In this document: positions 1 through 37,431 of the stretch, piece by piece | Numbering within the stretch: position 1 is the first letter of the stretch | How the letters are laid out: every line of letters begins with the position of its first letter | DNA from: Chiloscyllium plagiosum | Taxonomy: Eukaryota | Direction: 5' to 3' | Assembly: GCF_004010195.1 (NCBI RefSeq) | Contig: NC_057747.1 | Coordinates: forward strand, 23,010,642 to 23,074,641 | Length of the DNA stretch: 64,000 nt | Position numbers and translations under genes: made by a program | Notes under the pieces: model-generated | The model's database searches: none | Told to the model about the DNA's origin: nothing | What the model saw: the letters and a program-made list of their open reading frames with translations, nothing else

Positions 1-236
1 AGGGAGAGAGAGTTGGAGCGGGCAGTGTGAGGGAGAGAGAGTGGGAGCGGGCAGTGTGAGGGAGAGAGAGTTGGAGCGGGTGGGGAGTTCTTGGACTAAT
101 GGGGACAGGACCGTGTCGAGGTAGGAGGAGATGAGTTCGGTGGGGCAGGAGCAGGCTGAGACGATGGGTCGTCCGGGGCAGTCAGGTTTGTGGATTTTGG
201 GCAGGAGGTAGAAGCGGGCGGTGCGGGGTTGTGTTG
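1..236 (-). mobile_element. Penelope-like RT fragment with a 29-bp tandem repeat
   Basis: Minus strand encodes [14 protein letters not shown], a Penelope RT N-terminal motif; repeat agggagagagagttggagcgggcagtgtg at 1-80. Confidence 0.7.
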
Positions 237-2508
237 TCTAATTTTTGTGATACTGATGCCACTTATAAAAGATATAAAAGAAACCTAAGGGGCAACTTTT
301 TCATGCAGAGGGTGCCAGAGGAAGTGGTGGAGGCTGGTACAATTGCAACATTTAAGAGGCATTTGGATGGGTATGTGAATAGGAAGGGTTTGGAGGGATA
401 TGGGCCGAGTGCTGGCAGGTGGACTAGATTGGGTTGGAATATATAGTCTGCAAGTTTGGGTTGGACCGAAGGGTGTGTTTCCATGCTGTACATCTCTATG
501 ACTCTGTACCACAGTTGAAACAGGTGCCAGTTTATATGTACAAGTAAAATACTTTGTGAACAAGACTACACTTCAACAGTGGCTATAAAACAGAAATCCT
601 GAGGTGTGGAAGGTGCTATTATTTATGTTTGAGAACTATCCATGGTAGACATTAATAATAAAATATTGGGACATGATATTTTCAAAGCTGCCATTACATT
701 AAAGCTACTTTGTGTACAAGTATCTCAATAGATAATTAAGGGCATCCTAAGATCATGGAAAGTGCTATATAAATGCAAAATTGTTATTTTTTTCTTTTAG
801 TTGTCAATAAGCTAAACACACTGTATCAGCCGCCAATTAATGCCAACAATTATCTTTGCCGCTTATCAGCAAATTCGGGAATAGCAATGACAATGTTTGC
901 ACTGTTCTTTGCTAGAAAACAATGCATTTCACAGGGAGCCTTTATGCAAGAAGGGAAATGTAAAGAATGTTTAAATTACAGATTTTTTTTTAAAAAATCA
1001 ATTATCGTAGCCTACTTTTTGGTGTCCAACTAACTATTAATTATAATCTGTGGCTATTATTCCTCACATGTAAATCATTCATCGCCTCTGCTGATTTTTC
1101 TTCATTGAGGAGATTTTTATTAGAACACTCTGTCTTTGTCAGTGTGTTTCTAATGAATTTTTACCAATTCTCCTGGAGGATTGCTAATACTGGCCTCACA
1201 ACAATCAGTCTCTGAGCATTCGTTGGTGCCCCATTACTCTAACAAGATTTTTTTTTGCTTGATGTCAGGTTAATGTTTGAGTCACATTTCCCAAATAGCT
1301 CCTAATCTCCTATCAATAGCATGCCACCATAGACTTGACTCAACTCTAAATCTTATTCATCCCCTTCAAGGTAGAAAGACATTAACTGTTCATTGTACAA
1401 TCAGCAGCAGTGGATTTGGGTTCTTCTTAATTACCACAAAATATGTGAGCATGTCATGATCCCTCTGGACATAGGGTGATCACATATTATTGTAGTTTAA
1501 TTACTTAAGTGCTTGGCTTTCTGCAAAATAATAGAGATTTTCACATATATATATTCTAAGTAATTTTTTTTTAGCAGTTCCCTAACCCAACATGCTTTTC
1601 CTTAGCAATTTTACAAACAGTGGCATCAGTATCACAAAAATTAGACAACACAATTTGCAACATTTAGATGTTCAAGTTCAATACCATGTATCAGGCATAT
1701 TCAACACCAATATCTTAATCCAGATACCCAGTTAAAACACAAACACAGTAACAGAGTCATAGAGATGTACAGCATGGAAACAGACCCTTCGGTCCAACTC
1801 GTCCATGCCGACCAGATATTCCAATGAATGACTACAAAGGATTAGTGGTGGTGTTCAAGTCTTTGGGTTTTATCCAGGAGAATTTCAGGCTGACAGGCTG
1901 TAGTTGTAATCTGAATGTTATAACCAAGTTGCTGCACTGTAATTCACCATCTAGAACACTTATGCATTTCTTACCCAAAGAAATTCTCTGGCTACACATC
2001 ATGGCGGTGAATACCATACGAACAACAACCTTTTTAACCTTCATGTTTGACAAATGGATGAGGGTCTGAACTTTGCTCTATGCTCGAAGAAGCAAGAACA
2101 GAGTTCAGAGATTATACATAGGAAAAGTAGAACAAATGACTGCCAATGAAACCTAAGTAAATTACTTTACACAAGTACAATAAATTAACTATTAAAATTA
2201 ATAAAGATTCAGTGGCGACACCTTGTGCATGAAAATAATGAAAATAACCATTGGACAGGATCTGCAGTCCTTACAAATATTCATCCCACCTTCACCATGC
2301 TCTTACATTAAGAAAATGTTCAATTAATTAATATTTCTGTTGCATGTAAATTGCCCAGTGAATTGATAAGCACAAGATGGTATACATTGGGCTGGACCTT
2401 TGCTCCACAATGATTGCATACTGGACTGAAACTGTGACTACATCCCGACAGGCGACAGGTTAGAGTTTATTATTAGTGGAAGGTGAGATAACGGAGTTTT
2501 ACATGATT

Positions 2509-4115
2509 TCATGCAGTTTTTGAGCTCAGAGTTCTACATGAATGATTGCAGTTTTTGAGCAAAGTACAATGTAACCCTGCAAGTACAAATTCACCCCACA
2601 AAATATATGTGTGCAATTGGGTCTTTGTCTGTGTGTGTCTGTCTGGGTTGGGGGTTGTGAGTGTGAGAAAGTTTATGTGTGTGTGTGTAGTGAGTGCAGA
2701 GTGTCTTAAGTCTGTGAGGGGGTGCATGTGTGAGTGTGGGAGTGTGTGTGTCTGTGAGGGTGTGTGTGAATGTCTGTGTGTGCATCTGTGTATATGTGTG
2801 TCCGTGTGTATGTGTGTATAGGAATGCCGGTGTGTGTGTGACAGTGTGTGTGTAGGAGTATCTGTGTGTGTGTATAGTGCAATGGTGGTCACCTATAATG
2901 TGGCCCTCCCTATGGTACTGAACTTAGCTATCAGCCTCTGCTCGGCCACTTTTCGCTGCTGCCTGTCCCGACGTCCGCCTTGGAGGATGGTCACCCGAAG
3001 ATCCGAGGTCAAATGTCCTGTACCACTAAAGTGTTCCCCAACTGGGAGGGAACACTCCTGTCTGTTGATTGTTGTGAGGTGCCCATTCATCCATTGTTGT
3101 AGCCTTTGCTCGGTTTCCCCAATGTACCATGCCTCAGGGCATCCTTGCCTGCAACATATAAGATAGGTGGCTGAGTCGCATGAGTACCTGCCATGTACAA
3201 GGTGGGAGGTGTCCCCACCCGTAATGGTGGTACCTATGTCCACACTCTGACATGTCTTGCAGTGCCTTCTGTGACAGGGTTGTATGGAGTTGTCTTGAGA
3301 GCCGGGCAGCTTGCTACGAACAATCTGTTTGAGGTTTGGCGGCTGCTTAAAGGCTGGAGGTGTGGGGAAGGTCTTGGTGAGGTGCTCATCCTCATTGATA
3401 ATGTGTTGCAGGTCACGAAGAACATGGCGTAGTTTTTCAGCTCCTGGGAAATACTGAACGACGAAGGGTACCCTGTCGGTTGCAGCACGTGTCTGTCTCC
3501 TCCTTGCTGTGGCACATCAGAACTGGCGGTCGATGAGTTGGTCATTGTACCCCGTTCTTGTGAGGGCATCCCTGAGTACTTCCAGGTGTCCGCCACGTTC
3601 CTCCTCATCTGAGGAGATCCGGTGTACGCGTAGGGCTTGTCCATAGGGGTGGCTGTTTTAATATGTTTTGAGTGGAAGCTGGAGATGTGTAGCATTGTGA
3701 GGTTGTCTGTGGGTTTGCGGTAGAGTGAGGTGCTGAGGTGTCTTTTTTAGATTAGAATCAATCTGAACATCATGGCATAGACAGAGAACAGAGGGGCTAA
3801 CACCTTCAACATGTTGTCTCGCTATCGCCATTGTTAACAGCTAACCGGAGAATGCAACTTTAAAAAAAAAATGTTTTGTGATTTACACATGAAAGAAGTG
3901 AAACTATCACTGTATTCTAACAGATGAAAGGCCTAACAATCAAATTTTTCAATGTATAATTTCAGTTACATCACACTGTAAATTTTTGCCCTAAATTCTG
4001 TGTTACGATCGAGCCCTCTACTACCACCTGATGAAGGAGCGTCGCTCCGAAAGCTGGTGCTTCCAATTAAACCTGTTGGACTATAACCTGGTGTTGTGTG
4101 ATTTTTAACTTTGTC
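2509..4115 (-). mobile_element. Penelope-like element (RT C-terminus plus GIY-YIG, frameshifted) with an inverted terminus
   Basis: CRQGCPEAWYIGETEQRL...AEQRLIAKF at 2893-3243; TG-rich 3' region; + strand terminus 3745-4115 carries a hammerhead core. Confidence 0.85.
4024..4059 (+). ncRNA. Hammerhead-like motif, probably inactive (CUG triplet)
   Basis: ccacCTGATGAaggagcgtcgctccGAAAgctggtg; G at the cleavage position. Confidence 0.5.
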
Positions 4116-4140
4116 CACTGCCAAGAGTGCGACTGCCGCA

Positions 4141-4375
4141 GATCACGTGACCTCGGTCAGTGTCACAGGGAAGATGACGGACCCGTTCGGTTGTTTGGGG
4201 GGGAATGTTGTTACGTGACGGACCCGGTCGGTGGGGCGGAAGTCGTTAAGCGACGGAACCCGCTAAGCGACGGAACCCGTTCGGTGGGGGCGGAAGTCGT
4301 TAAGCGACGGAACCCGTTCGGTGGGGGCGGAAGTCGTTAAGCGACGGAACCCGTTCGGTGGGGCGTGGGGGAAGA
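4141..4375 (+). promoter_or_regulatory. ECD CpG-rich proximal promoter: TCACGTGA E-box plus about 3 copies of a 37-bp repeat containing GGGGCGGAAGT (GC-box/ETS)
   Basis: GATCACGTGACC at 4141; unit cggtgggggcggaagtcgttaagcgacggaacccgtt repeated over 4229-4365, directly upstream of the ECD ATG. Confidence 0.65.
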
Positions 4376-4398
4376 CATTAAGTGAGGGGCAACGGGCC

Positions 4399-29174
<24,776 letters not shown>

Positions 29175-29964
29175 AAGCTGCTGTGCTGCCCCTGCAACAC
29201 AGCCATTTTGGAGTCTGCTTTCTGATTCTTTATCACTGCTGCAATACTACCGTTTCATAATGACTGACAGTCAAGCAGCCTTTAAAGCTCTACAGAACAG
29301 TCAAGATTCACCAATGAACTGAAAAGCTCAAATTCTTTGAAATTGGAAACTATGGATTAATGCTAGAAAGTATGAGAGAATGCATGCCTTTAAAAATAAA
29401 GTTTTGTAGAAACTATTTTTGTAATTGTAAATAAATACAATATCAACTTGGCAAATGATGAAATGGAGAACAGAGCCATTTTTTTAAACATCTCACAGCT
29501 AATCGTAAAAAGATAACTTGCTCTGGAAGTCATCAATACGTGAGTTGATATAACCAGGAATTTGAGTGCTGCAGTGGTCATTAATTGCAATAAGGTGTAT
29601 TGAGTGGCCAACTTGCTTTTGGTTTTTTGGTTGAGAGCAGATTTGGATTAAAATGAACAGAGTTTGAATTTGCCATTTCCTTGAAAGCCATAGTACCTGT
29701 AGGAATGTGCTTGCTACCTGGACATTGTGCAGTAAATATTTCCTAATTCTCACTAATCAGGTTAGTGTGCAGGATAAACAGAAAGTGCTGGAGAAACTCA
29801 GCCCAGGTCTGGCAGCATCTGTGCAGAGAGCAACTGTTAACAATTTGAGTGTCCTATATTGGAATTTATATTAACTGTTTCTGTTATCACAGGTGCTACC
29901 AAACCTACTGAGTTTTTTCAGCACTTTATTTTTATTTCAGGTCTCGAACATCTGCACTATTTTG

Positions 29965-30305
29965 GGAGGCATAGTGGTTCAGTGATAACACAAAGGACCC
30001 AGGTTCGATTCCAGCCTCGGGCAACTGTCTGTGTGGACTTTGCATACTCTCCCCATGTCTGCTTGAGTTTCTGCTGGGTACACTGGTTAACTCCCACCAC
30101 AGTCCAAAGATGTGCAGGTCAGGTGAATTGACCATGCCAAATTGCCAATGGTGTCCAGGAATGTGCAGGTTAGAGGAATTAGCCATGGGAAATGTCGGGA
30201 TACAGGGAGTGGGTGTGGGGAGGGTCAGGATGAGATGTTCTTTGTAGGGTTGGTGCAGACTTGATGGACTGAATAACCTCATTTTGTATTCAAGGGATTC
30301 TATGC
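29965..30305 (+). mobile_element. Older HE1-type SINE
   Basis: Diverged head and core. Confidence 0.7.
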
Positions 30306-32656
30306 TTTTGCGTTTATGTTAGGTCTGAGGTAAATGTATTGCCTTTGCAGATGAGTTACGTTTTTAATCCCTCATTTGGCAATTTACAGTTTATATTTCT
30401 AAAGTATGTCTGCAGCACCACAACACTACTGAATTATTTCCCATAATTTCCCTACATGTGTAGGACAGGAGGACAATGTAGTAACAGATTACTGATAATC
30501 AGGTGGAATGGAACAGTGGAAAGGTGCAGGTTTGTGATCTGTTTGGGCATACTATTAAATTATGGGGAGAGACTAGAGAAGCTGAAAATTGTTCTTCATG
30601 AAGCAATAGTTAAGGGGAAAGTTATTAGAGGTGTTCTGAATAACCAAGTGTTTTGGCAAATAAGAAACTGCTGCTACAGTCAAGAGCGCTGATGCCCTGA
30701 GAATAGGGATTGAAGGTACAAAACCTGAAAAGCAAGTCTGGCAGCATCTTCTGAAGAAGGGTCACTGGACTGAAACATTGACTCTGATTTCTCTCCACAG
30801 ATGCTACCACACCTGCTGAGTTTTTACACCAATCTGTTTTTGTTTCTGACTTCCAGCATCTGCAGTTTTTTTTTGTTTAAGGATTGAAATGGCTATAAAA
30901 CCAAGACACGATGAGATTTTTGTTTTACGCAATTAGTTAGAATCAGGAATGCACTGCCTGAAAAGTGGTTGGAAGCAGTTATAATCTGGAAAGTGAATTA
31001 GATAAACATTTGGGCTGTGGGCTAAAGACAAGTTAGGTTAACATCATGTTTCATTGTTTTATTTGTAATGAGAATCTATGCACATCCCCTGACATCTGAT
31101 TGGGTAAATGCATCCAGTTCTGCTGAGCTATGCTGATTTGAAAGGTCCCAGTTTGACAATTAATCTTGACTACTTGCCGTTCTATCTGCTCCCCTTCCCA
31201 GCTCTATCATTCTGTAATCAGTTACAGAACCTTAATTTGTCACATCTCTACACAATGACATTCATGTTTAAACTCTGCAATCTTGCAACATCTTCACCAC
31301 TTTCAAATGATGTATAGATTCATTATTCATAAAATCCTTTCACCAGACTCTTAAGTGCTCAATATAATCAGCACAAGTCTTAAGTTATAGAGTCAGAGAG
31401 ACGTACAGCATGGAAATGGACCCTTCGGCCCAACTCGTCCATGCCGACCAGATGGAAAGGTTGGGATGATTTCAAGATGTATGAATTGTTGGGCAAGGGA
31501 GGAGTAAAACAGATTGAGAATCCTTTCATTTATTGTAGGTTGGTAATGGTTGGATGGGCTGCAAAATACGACAGGTCACTGAGATCACTCTCTTCTTGAG
31601 TACAGTCACTTCCAGAAGGTGTTGGAGGGCAAGTTGTGCCTGTTGAATTGTGGCTTAAAATCGGGAAGGAAAAGTATCCTCAGTGTTGGAGTTAGAGATA
31701 AAAATGTGAGTATTTCCATAACATTTGGGTTTATTCAAAAGAAAGTATCATTTTCAACAATCACTCTGTGCAACAATAAATGACAAAAAAAACTTAAAGT
31801 CCAAAGACTTGAGTTCTGTACAGCTCTGAATACTTCAGTAACTATGGCCCTTTCCAAATTGGCCAAAGGGAAGGGGAAAGTAAAGTAAAAACGGTGAGAT
31901 TCATTTAAAAGGTGTTTTGCTCTAATGGTTTATTTTTAACCCTATTCCTATTAATTGAGACATACTGACCCAGAATGTGTCAGGTCCAAGCTGAGTTAGC
32001 ACAAGTTTTGCAATCAGTCTTTGTACATTTTAAGGAAAAACCTCCTGGAACATGTGCAATGGCATATCATGTCTGAGATATTATAAGTTAACTGTGGCTC
32101 AGTGGTTAGCACTTGCCCCATCTCAAACAGAGTTATGTTCATGTCCCACTCCAGAAACTTAAGGGCTGAGACTTGAGTAATGTGCTGAGGTAGTGCTGCA
32201 ATGTCAGAGATGCAGTTATTAAACTAAATGCCTATCTTTCAGATAAGCAAGATCAGCTGGCAATCTTGAAGAAGGGCAGAGCTGTTTTCCATGGTTCTTT
32301 GACCAAATATATCCATTAATCAATATTTTAGGAAGGGGAATATGTGGTCACTATCACAATTGCATGGGGGTTTGTGTATAAATTGTTGCTGATTTCCTAA
32401 ATACAACAAAAAGTATCTCGTTAGCTGCAAAACACTTGATTTTGTGAAAACTGCTATATGAATGCAAGACTTTTAAGTTGATTTGAACAGCTTTCCACCA
32501 TTCAGTAGTGAGGTTTGTACTTTGTATAGATAGTTGAACACAATAGTGGAGAATGGTAGTCATGGAACCAACAATGATTCAGCATTCTTGGATGAAGCAG
32601 GAATGAAAAGTGTCCTCTGATTTATATGCTAATATTTAGGATAAAATGAGCGGTTT

Positions 32657-33171
32657 TCAGGTGGTGATACACATTGCCTCTTTCTTCATTCCTGTATTCA
32701 GCTTCCAGGCTTCTTTATACATATAGACCCCTACTCCACTGATACTGATGAGAAGGCTGGTGAGAAGAGGGAGTGAGAAAGTCCATTCATGTGGGGAAAT
32801 GTTTCTCAGCATCAGTATGTCTGTCTTTGCAACTTCAAATATGTTCATGGTCAGGGCTGAGCTCATCAAGGTGCACAGGAAGACAAGAAAATTCAGCAAA
32901 CACCCAAGCAGCAGCACCAAGGAGAAGAAGCCCAAAAAGATCAGACTGGACCAGCTGCCCGATGAGAAGATCTGAGGAGTATCAGGATGGAGAAGGCAGT
33001 ATAGCAGCAGCAGCGGACAGGTATTAATGCTACACGTGTAATAGACATCCACCACCGACGACTTGCGGTCTTCATACATCTCCTGGATCAAAATGAGGTA
33101 CGTGCTCTTGAACATGAGATTTAATACTCCATAGGCATATACCAGAGCTTCATCAGTGAAGTTCTGAATCC
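32657..33171 (-). CDS. SLC35D3-like last coding exon
   Basis: cctgcttag acceptor; IQNFTDEALVYAYGVL...LCTLMSSALT...EAMCITT then stop. Confidence 0.88.
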
Positions 33172-36100
33172 CTAAGCAGGAACAAATTAGATCAATTCAT
33201 GTTTAGAAAGCTGAATAAAACACTGGAAATGGTTTCTTTTACACTTGCACTTTCTTAAAACAGATCTGCAATGATTAACTTTGAAGTACAGTGGTGTAAA
33301 AGGCTAGCTAGAATAGCATATTCTTCTTCAAATCTTACCTGCAAGAGCAGAGCACAAAGTCACCAGCAGTACCAAGAAAGCACTGTTGGAGGATGTTCTT
33401 TTCTTCAACTTGAATATTTCTGTCAATGCCAAGGTGGCCAGGGGTGTAAACTGTCTGATAAAATTAAACCCTACGGAGTTGGAGCTGGTCACAGCCCACA
33501 GGGTTAGCACTGAATGAAAACTAAAACAAATAGAAGGAAGCAGGAAAATCTCTCCACTCTCCAGTGAGTACGGCTGGATCTTCAACAGTCTGGCTTGGCT
33601 CAGCAATTGCAGCACCACAACGGTCAATAATGCCTAACAAAAGATAACACAATGGAACAGTACTATGCAGAGGAACTTGGATTTACATGCACTTTGCATG
33701 TCTCCCAGAAAGTCTCAAAGAATTTTACATGCAATAGATTCCTTAAAAATGTAATGACCATGAAGCACATTAAGTGGCTGTTTAATGCAGAGTGAGATCC
33801 CACAAATTACAATTACATTAATTGACAGCTGATTTGCTATTCTTAGTGTTGGTTGAGGAAGTTAAAGGGGACTTAGAATAATACGGCACAGTACAGGCCC
33901 TTCAACCCTCAATGTTGTGCCAACCTTTTATCCTACTCTAAGATCAAACTAATCTACCTGCCCTTCATTTTACTACCATCCATGTGTCTATCGAAGATTC
34001 GCTTCAATAGGTCATTAAGGGACTGGATGTTTTCTATTAAATTTGTTTAGAGATAGAGTTAAAAATCACACAACACCAGGTTATAGTCCAACAGGTTTAT
34101 TTGGAAGCACGAGCTTTGAGAGCGCTGTTCCTTCTACCACCTGATGAAGGAGCAGTGCTCCGAAAGCTAGAGCTTACAAATAAAATTCTGTGGCTGAATA
34201 CTTCAACTCCCCCTCCCACTCCACCACGGACATGCAGGTCCTGGATCTCCTCCATCGCCAAATCCTAACCACCCAATGTTTGGAGGAAGAACGCCTCCTC
34301 TTCCACCTTGGAACCCTGCAACCACACGAGTTTAATGTGGATTTCACCAGCTTCCCCATTTCCCCTCCTCCCAACTTATCCCAGTCCCAAACCTCCAACT
34401 CTGCACTGTCCGCTTGACCTGTCCATCATCTTTCCCATCTATCCGATCCACCCTCCTCTCCGACCTATTATCTTCCTACCCACCTTCATCTACCTATTGC
34501 ATTCCCAGCTACCATCCCCCGAGTCCCACGCCCCTCCCATTTATCTCTCAGCCCCTGCCCTGCTCATAAACCTCACTCCTGATGAAGGGCATATGCCTGA
34601 AATGTCAATTCTCCTGCTCCTCGGATGCTGCCTAACCTGCTGTGCTTTACCAGCACCACACTCTTGACTCTGTCGGACTATAACCTTGTGTGATTTTTAA
34701 TTTTGTCCACTACAGTCCAACACTGGCTCCTCCACATCCTGTTTAGAGATGTTATTGCATAACTCTAGAGCAGACAGAATGTGAATACAGACCTCCTGGC
34801 TCAGAGGTAGGGACATTACCACTGCAGCACAGGATCAGGGGTGGTTCTGCTATAAATTGTTGTGTTCTGAATTGGCTATTTAGCCCAATGCAGAATCCAT
34901 AGACTCTGCCACACACAGAGCAGCTGGTGCTTGCTGGGTTGAGTGAATGCATTGTTGGACATTTGTGTGCACCCTGCGTTGTCCCAGCTTCACCCCTGCA
35001 CATTCTCATTTTGTTTGCTGCCCTCCCAAATGAATTGGAGGTGCTGGTGTTGGACTGGGATGTACAAAGTTAAAAATCACACAACACCAGGTTATAGTCC
35101 AACAGGTTTAATTGGAAGCACACTAGCTTTCGGAGTATCGCTCCTTCATCAGGTGAAGAACTGCAGTGCCTGTGCATAATATGGACAACAGCTGTCCCTG
35201 TATATCATATAGAGAACAGCTGTCCCTATGCATAATACAGAGAGCAGCAGTCGCTCCGTATAATATGTATCACAACAGTCACTGTGTCTATTCTCAGGAA
35301 CAGCAGTGTATAGTATATAGAACAGCAGTCTCTGTGTACAATACACAGAATAGTTGTCCCTGTGTTTAATACAGAGAAAACTATCACCTGATGAAGGAGC
35401 GACACTCCGAAAGCTAGTGTGCTTCCAGTTAAACCTGTTGGACTATAACCTAGTTTTGTGTGATTTTTAACTCCCAAATGAACTTTGTGTATTTTCGTTG
35501 GTCATGAGCCTGTGTCCCACATACATTGGCGAGGGTCTGTTTGATCTCTTCAGTGCTGTCTTCAGGACATCCCTAAAGTGTTGCTCCTATCCTCCTGGGA
35601 GTCTCCTGCCACAAACGAGCCTCTGGATAGAGCAACTCATTCTCAGCACCATACCACAATACTTGAAGAACTGACACACAAACATGAGAAGGCCGAGTGA
35701 GAGCGAGAGGCCCTGTCCCTAGCTTCTCTGTTCATGGCACAGAGTAACCTCACGCGCCATCCCAGAGTACTTTCACCACATGGTCTCCAGCAGGTTCACG
35801 TGGATTGCTCGATGCCCATCTTCCCAAAGGCATTATGGGAATGGAGCAATAAACTTGCCAGTAATGCCAACGTCATATCAATGGATAAAAGGAAAGCTGA
35901 AAGCCAAAACAAAACAAAACAAAAACAACACAAAACTGCTAACCAATTTCAGGGCATAAGCAGGGACATTCTTCTTTGACTCCAAAAGGTGACGATGATC
36001 CAAAACAGCCGTAAAACATCTACAAATGATCGTAAAAAGACAGATTGACTTACGTATCCGCATTAACCCAATAGAAGTTGTTTAAGTCAATAGAAGCCTC

Positions 36101-37179
36101 AATATACAGACGCGAGGAGTAAAAATGGGGGACTATGGAGGAAAAAGCGAGGCAGTAGAATTAATCCAGAGGCCCTATCGAAAAGTCGGCACAGGTATAG
36201 TGGGCAGAATAGCTCCTCCTGTGCTTTATAGTTTGATGATTCTCTATTACATGGGGTGGAGGGTGGAATTCAGTCCCAATTTTTTTTATTAGTAATGACA
36301 GCAGAGATAAAATGACAGGTCCAAGAGCGAAGTACAGCTGACTCTCCTAACCTGACAGACAGCGATGAAAGCAGGGAAGCCGAAGCGGTACTGGTTGATG
36401 AAGACCCCATTGAAGAACTCGGAGAAGCCGGAGCAGAGTGTGTAGACAGCCCAGAAGCCCAACAACCAGCTGCCGCACTGGAGCCAGCGACCAGCAGAGT
36501 TCTGCACAGGGACTGCCGCTACCATCCTGGGGAGACCAACTGGCATGCAATTAAAAATTAACTTCAGACTCATTTATAATGCAGCAGCAGGCGAGAGGCA
36601 GTCTGCACTATCTGCATAGACCTTTAATCCCACTGCAGTCAATGATCTACAGGGTACTGATCAACATTTAATAAGAAGAAAAGACCTGGAAATCAGAAAA
36701 GGAAAAATAATGCTCAAAGCACATGGTTCATCCAAAATCAGTTAACATTGTGAGTGTGGCCTGACACGAAGCTATAAACACCTGAAAGAAAGGGCAAGAA
36801 TTGAATTTCATATTACACCTTTAATCACTTCAGCAGGTCCCAATTTGTCTATCTTTTCAGCATATTTTACATGACAACGGTAACCATGCTTCATTTGGCT
36901 GTGAAGCACTTTGCGTGACATAAATGCAGGCTCGAGCTCCGTTTCAGATGCTGGCGAGTCTCTTTTGTAATTGCAGAACTTTCTTAATTTCCTTCTGGAA
37001 AAGTGGCATTGACAAGGCCGTGGTGAGGGTGGGTTCCGATTATAATTTCAGCATCACTCAATATTGCTTCCTTGAGCTGGAGAGTTTAATGTTAAAACGC
37101 AATACTCTCACCATAAGCCAGCAGAGGGGGACGTGGGGGGAGGTACAGGAAGGATGGTGTGGGGATTGGTGGGCGCCAT
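32657..37179 (-). CDS. SLC35D3-like nucleotide-sugar transporter (SLC35D family), 350 aa with the putative first exon, or 327 aa from ATG 36525
   Basis: Exons 37179-37112 (putative), 36526-36352, 33633-33339 and 33171-32657 splice in frame. The protein has multiple hydrophobic helices. Segments SVLTLWAV, CSALAG|..YGVL..TYLILIQ, PLLLLYC..D....SW and LLGCLLNF...CT..SSALT...VAK resemble remembered SLC35D3, including the intron after ALAG. Confidence 0.85.
33339..33633 (-). CDS. SLC35D3-like exon (ALLTVVVLQ...CSALA)
   Basis: ttttgttag acceptor, GTAAGA donor, open hydrophobic frame. Confidence 0.88.
34058..34740. mobile_element. Composite Penelope insertion (fold-back terminus plus nested GIY-YIG C-terminal fragment)
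   Basis: ORF 34190-34417 (EEERLLFHLGTLQP); CTGATGA...GAAA cores at 34141 and 34579. Confidence 0.78.
35121..35156 (-). ncRNA. Minimal hammerhead ribozyme (Penelope-associated)
   Basis: tcacCTGATGAaggagcgatactccGAAAgCTAgtg on the - strand. Confidence 0.75.
35384..35419 (+). ncRNA. Minimal hammerhead ribozyme (Penelope-associated)
   Basis: CAC-CTGATGA-a-GGAG-cgaca-CTCC-GAAAG-CTA-GTG; palindromic AGCT stem III. Confidence 0.75.
36352..36526 (-). CDS. SLC35D3-like exon (TM1, ...FFNGVFINQYRFGFPAFIAVCQ)
   Basis: tctccccag acceptor, GTTAGG donor, YRF.FP motif typical of the SLC35D N-terminus. Confidence 0.85.
37112..37179 (-). CDS. SLC35D3-like putative first coding exon (MAPTNPHTILPVPPPTSPSAGL)
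   Basis: ATG at 37179, GTGAGA donor at 37111; phase 2 joins the single G before ATG 36525 to give an in-frame TGG. No homology support. Confidence 0.5.
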
Positions 37180-37431
37180 TTAGAATTGAGGTGAAGAGAA
37201 TGTCTTCACTCTATTGTGAGTTTTTGAAATTATCCATATCAGCAAGGTGTGGCTTACTGAAACAGGAACAGTACTAGCTGGAGAAACTCAGCAGGTCTGG
37301 CACCATCTGTGGAGAGAGAGAAATGCAGCGAACATTTCAAGTGCAGTTAACTCCCATCTGTTCTGAGGAAGAGTCACTAGACTCAAAACATCAACTCTGT
37401 TCGTCTCTGTACAGATGCTGCAGACATGCCA

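Larger units (their letters stand above)
35035..35470. mobile_element. Fold-back Penelope-terminus element with satellite-like filler
   Basis: Arms 35069-35156 and 35384-35471; TSD ctcccaaatgaa at 35023 and 35471. Confidence 0.85.

Noticed and set aside
4225-4365. Repeat arrays here, at 35160-35380 and at 63490-63700 as CRISPR-like
   Set aside because: Head-to-tail tandem units without unique spacers, in eukaryotic DNA with no cas genes.
4321-4398. N-terminal extension of ECD from GTG 4321
   Set aside because: It lies in the promoter tandem repeat; ATG 4399 has good Kozak context and matches homolog length.
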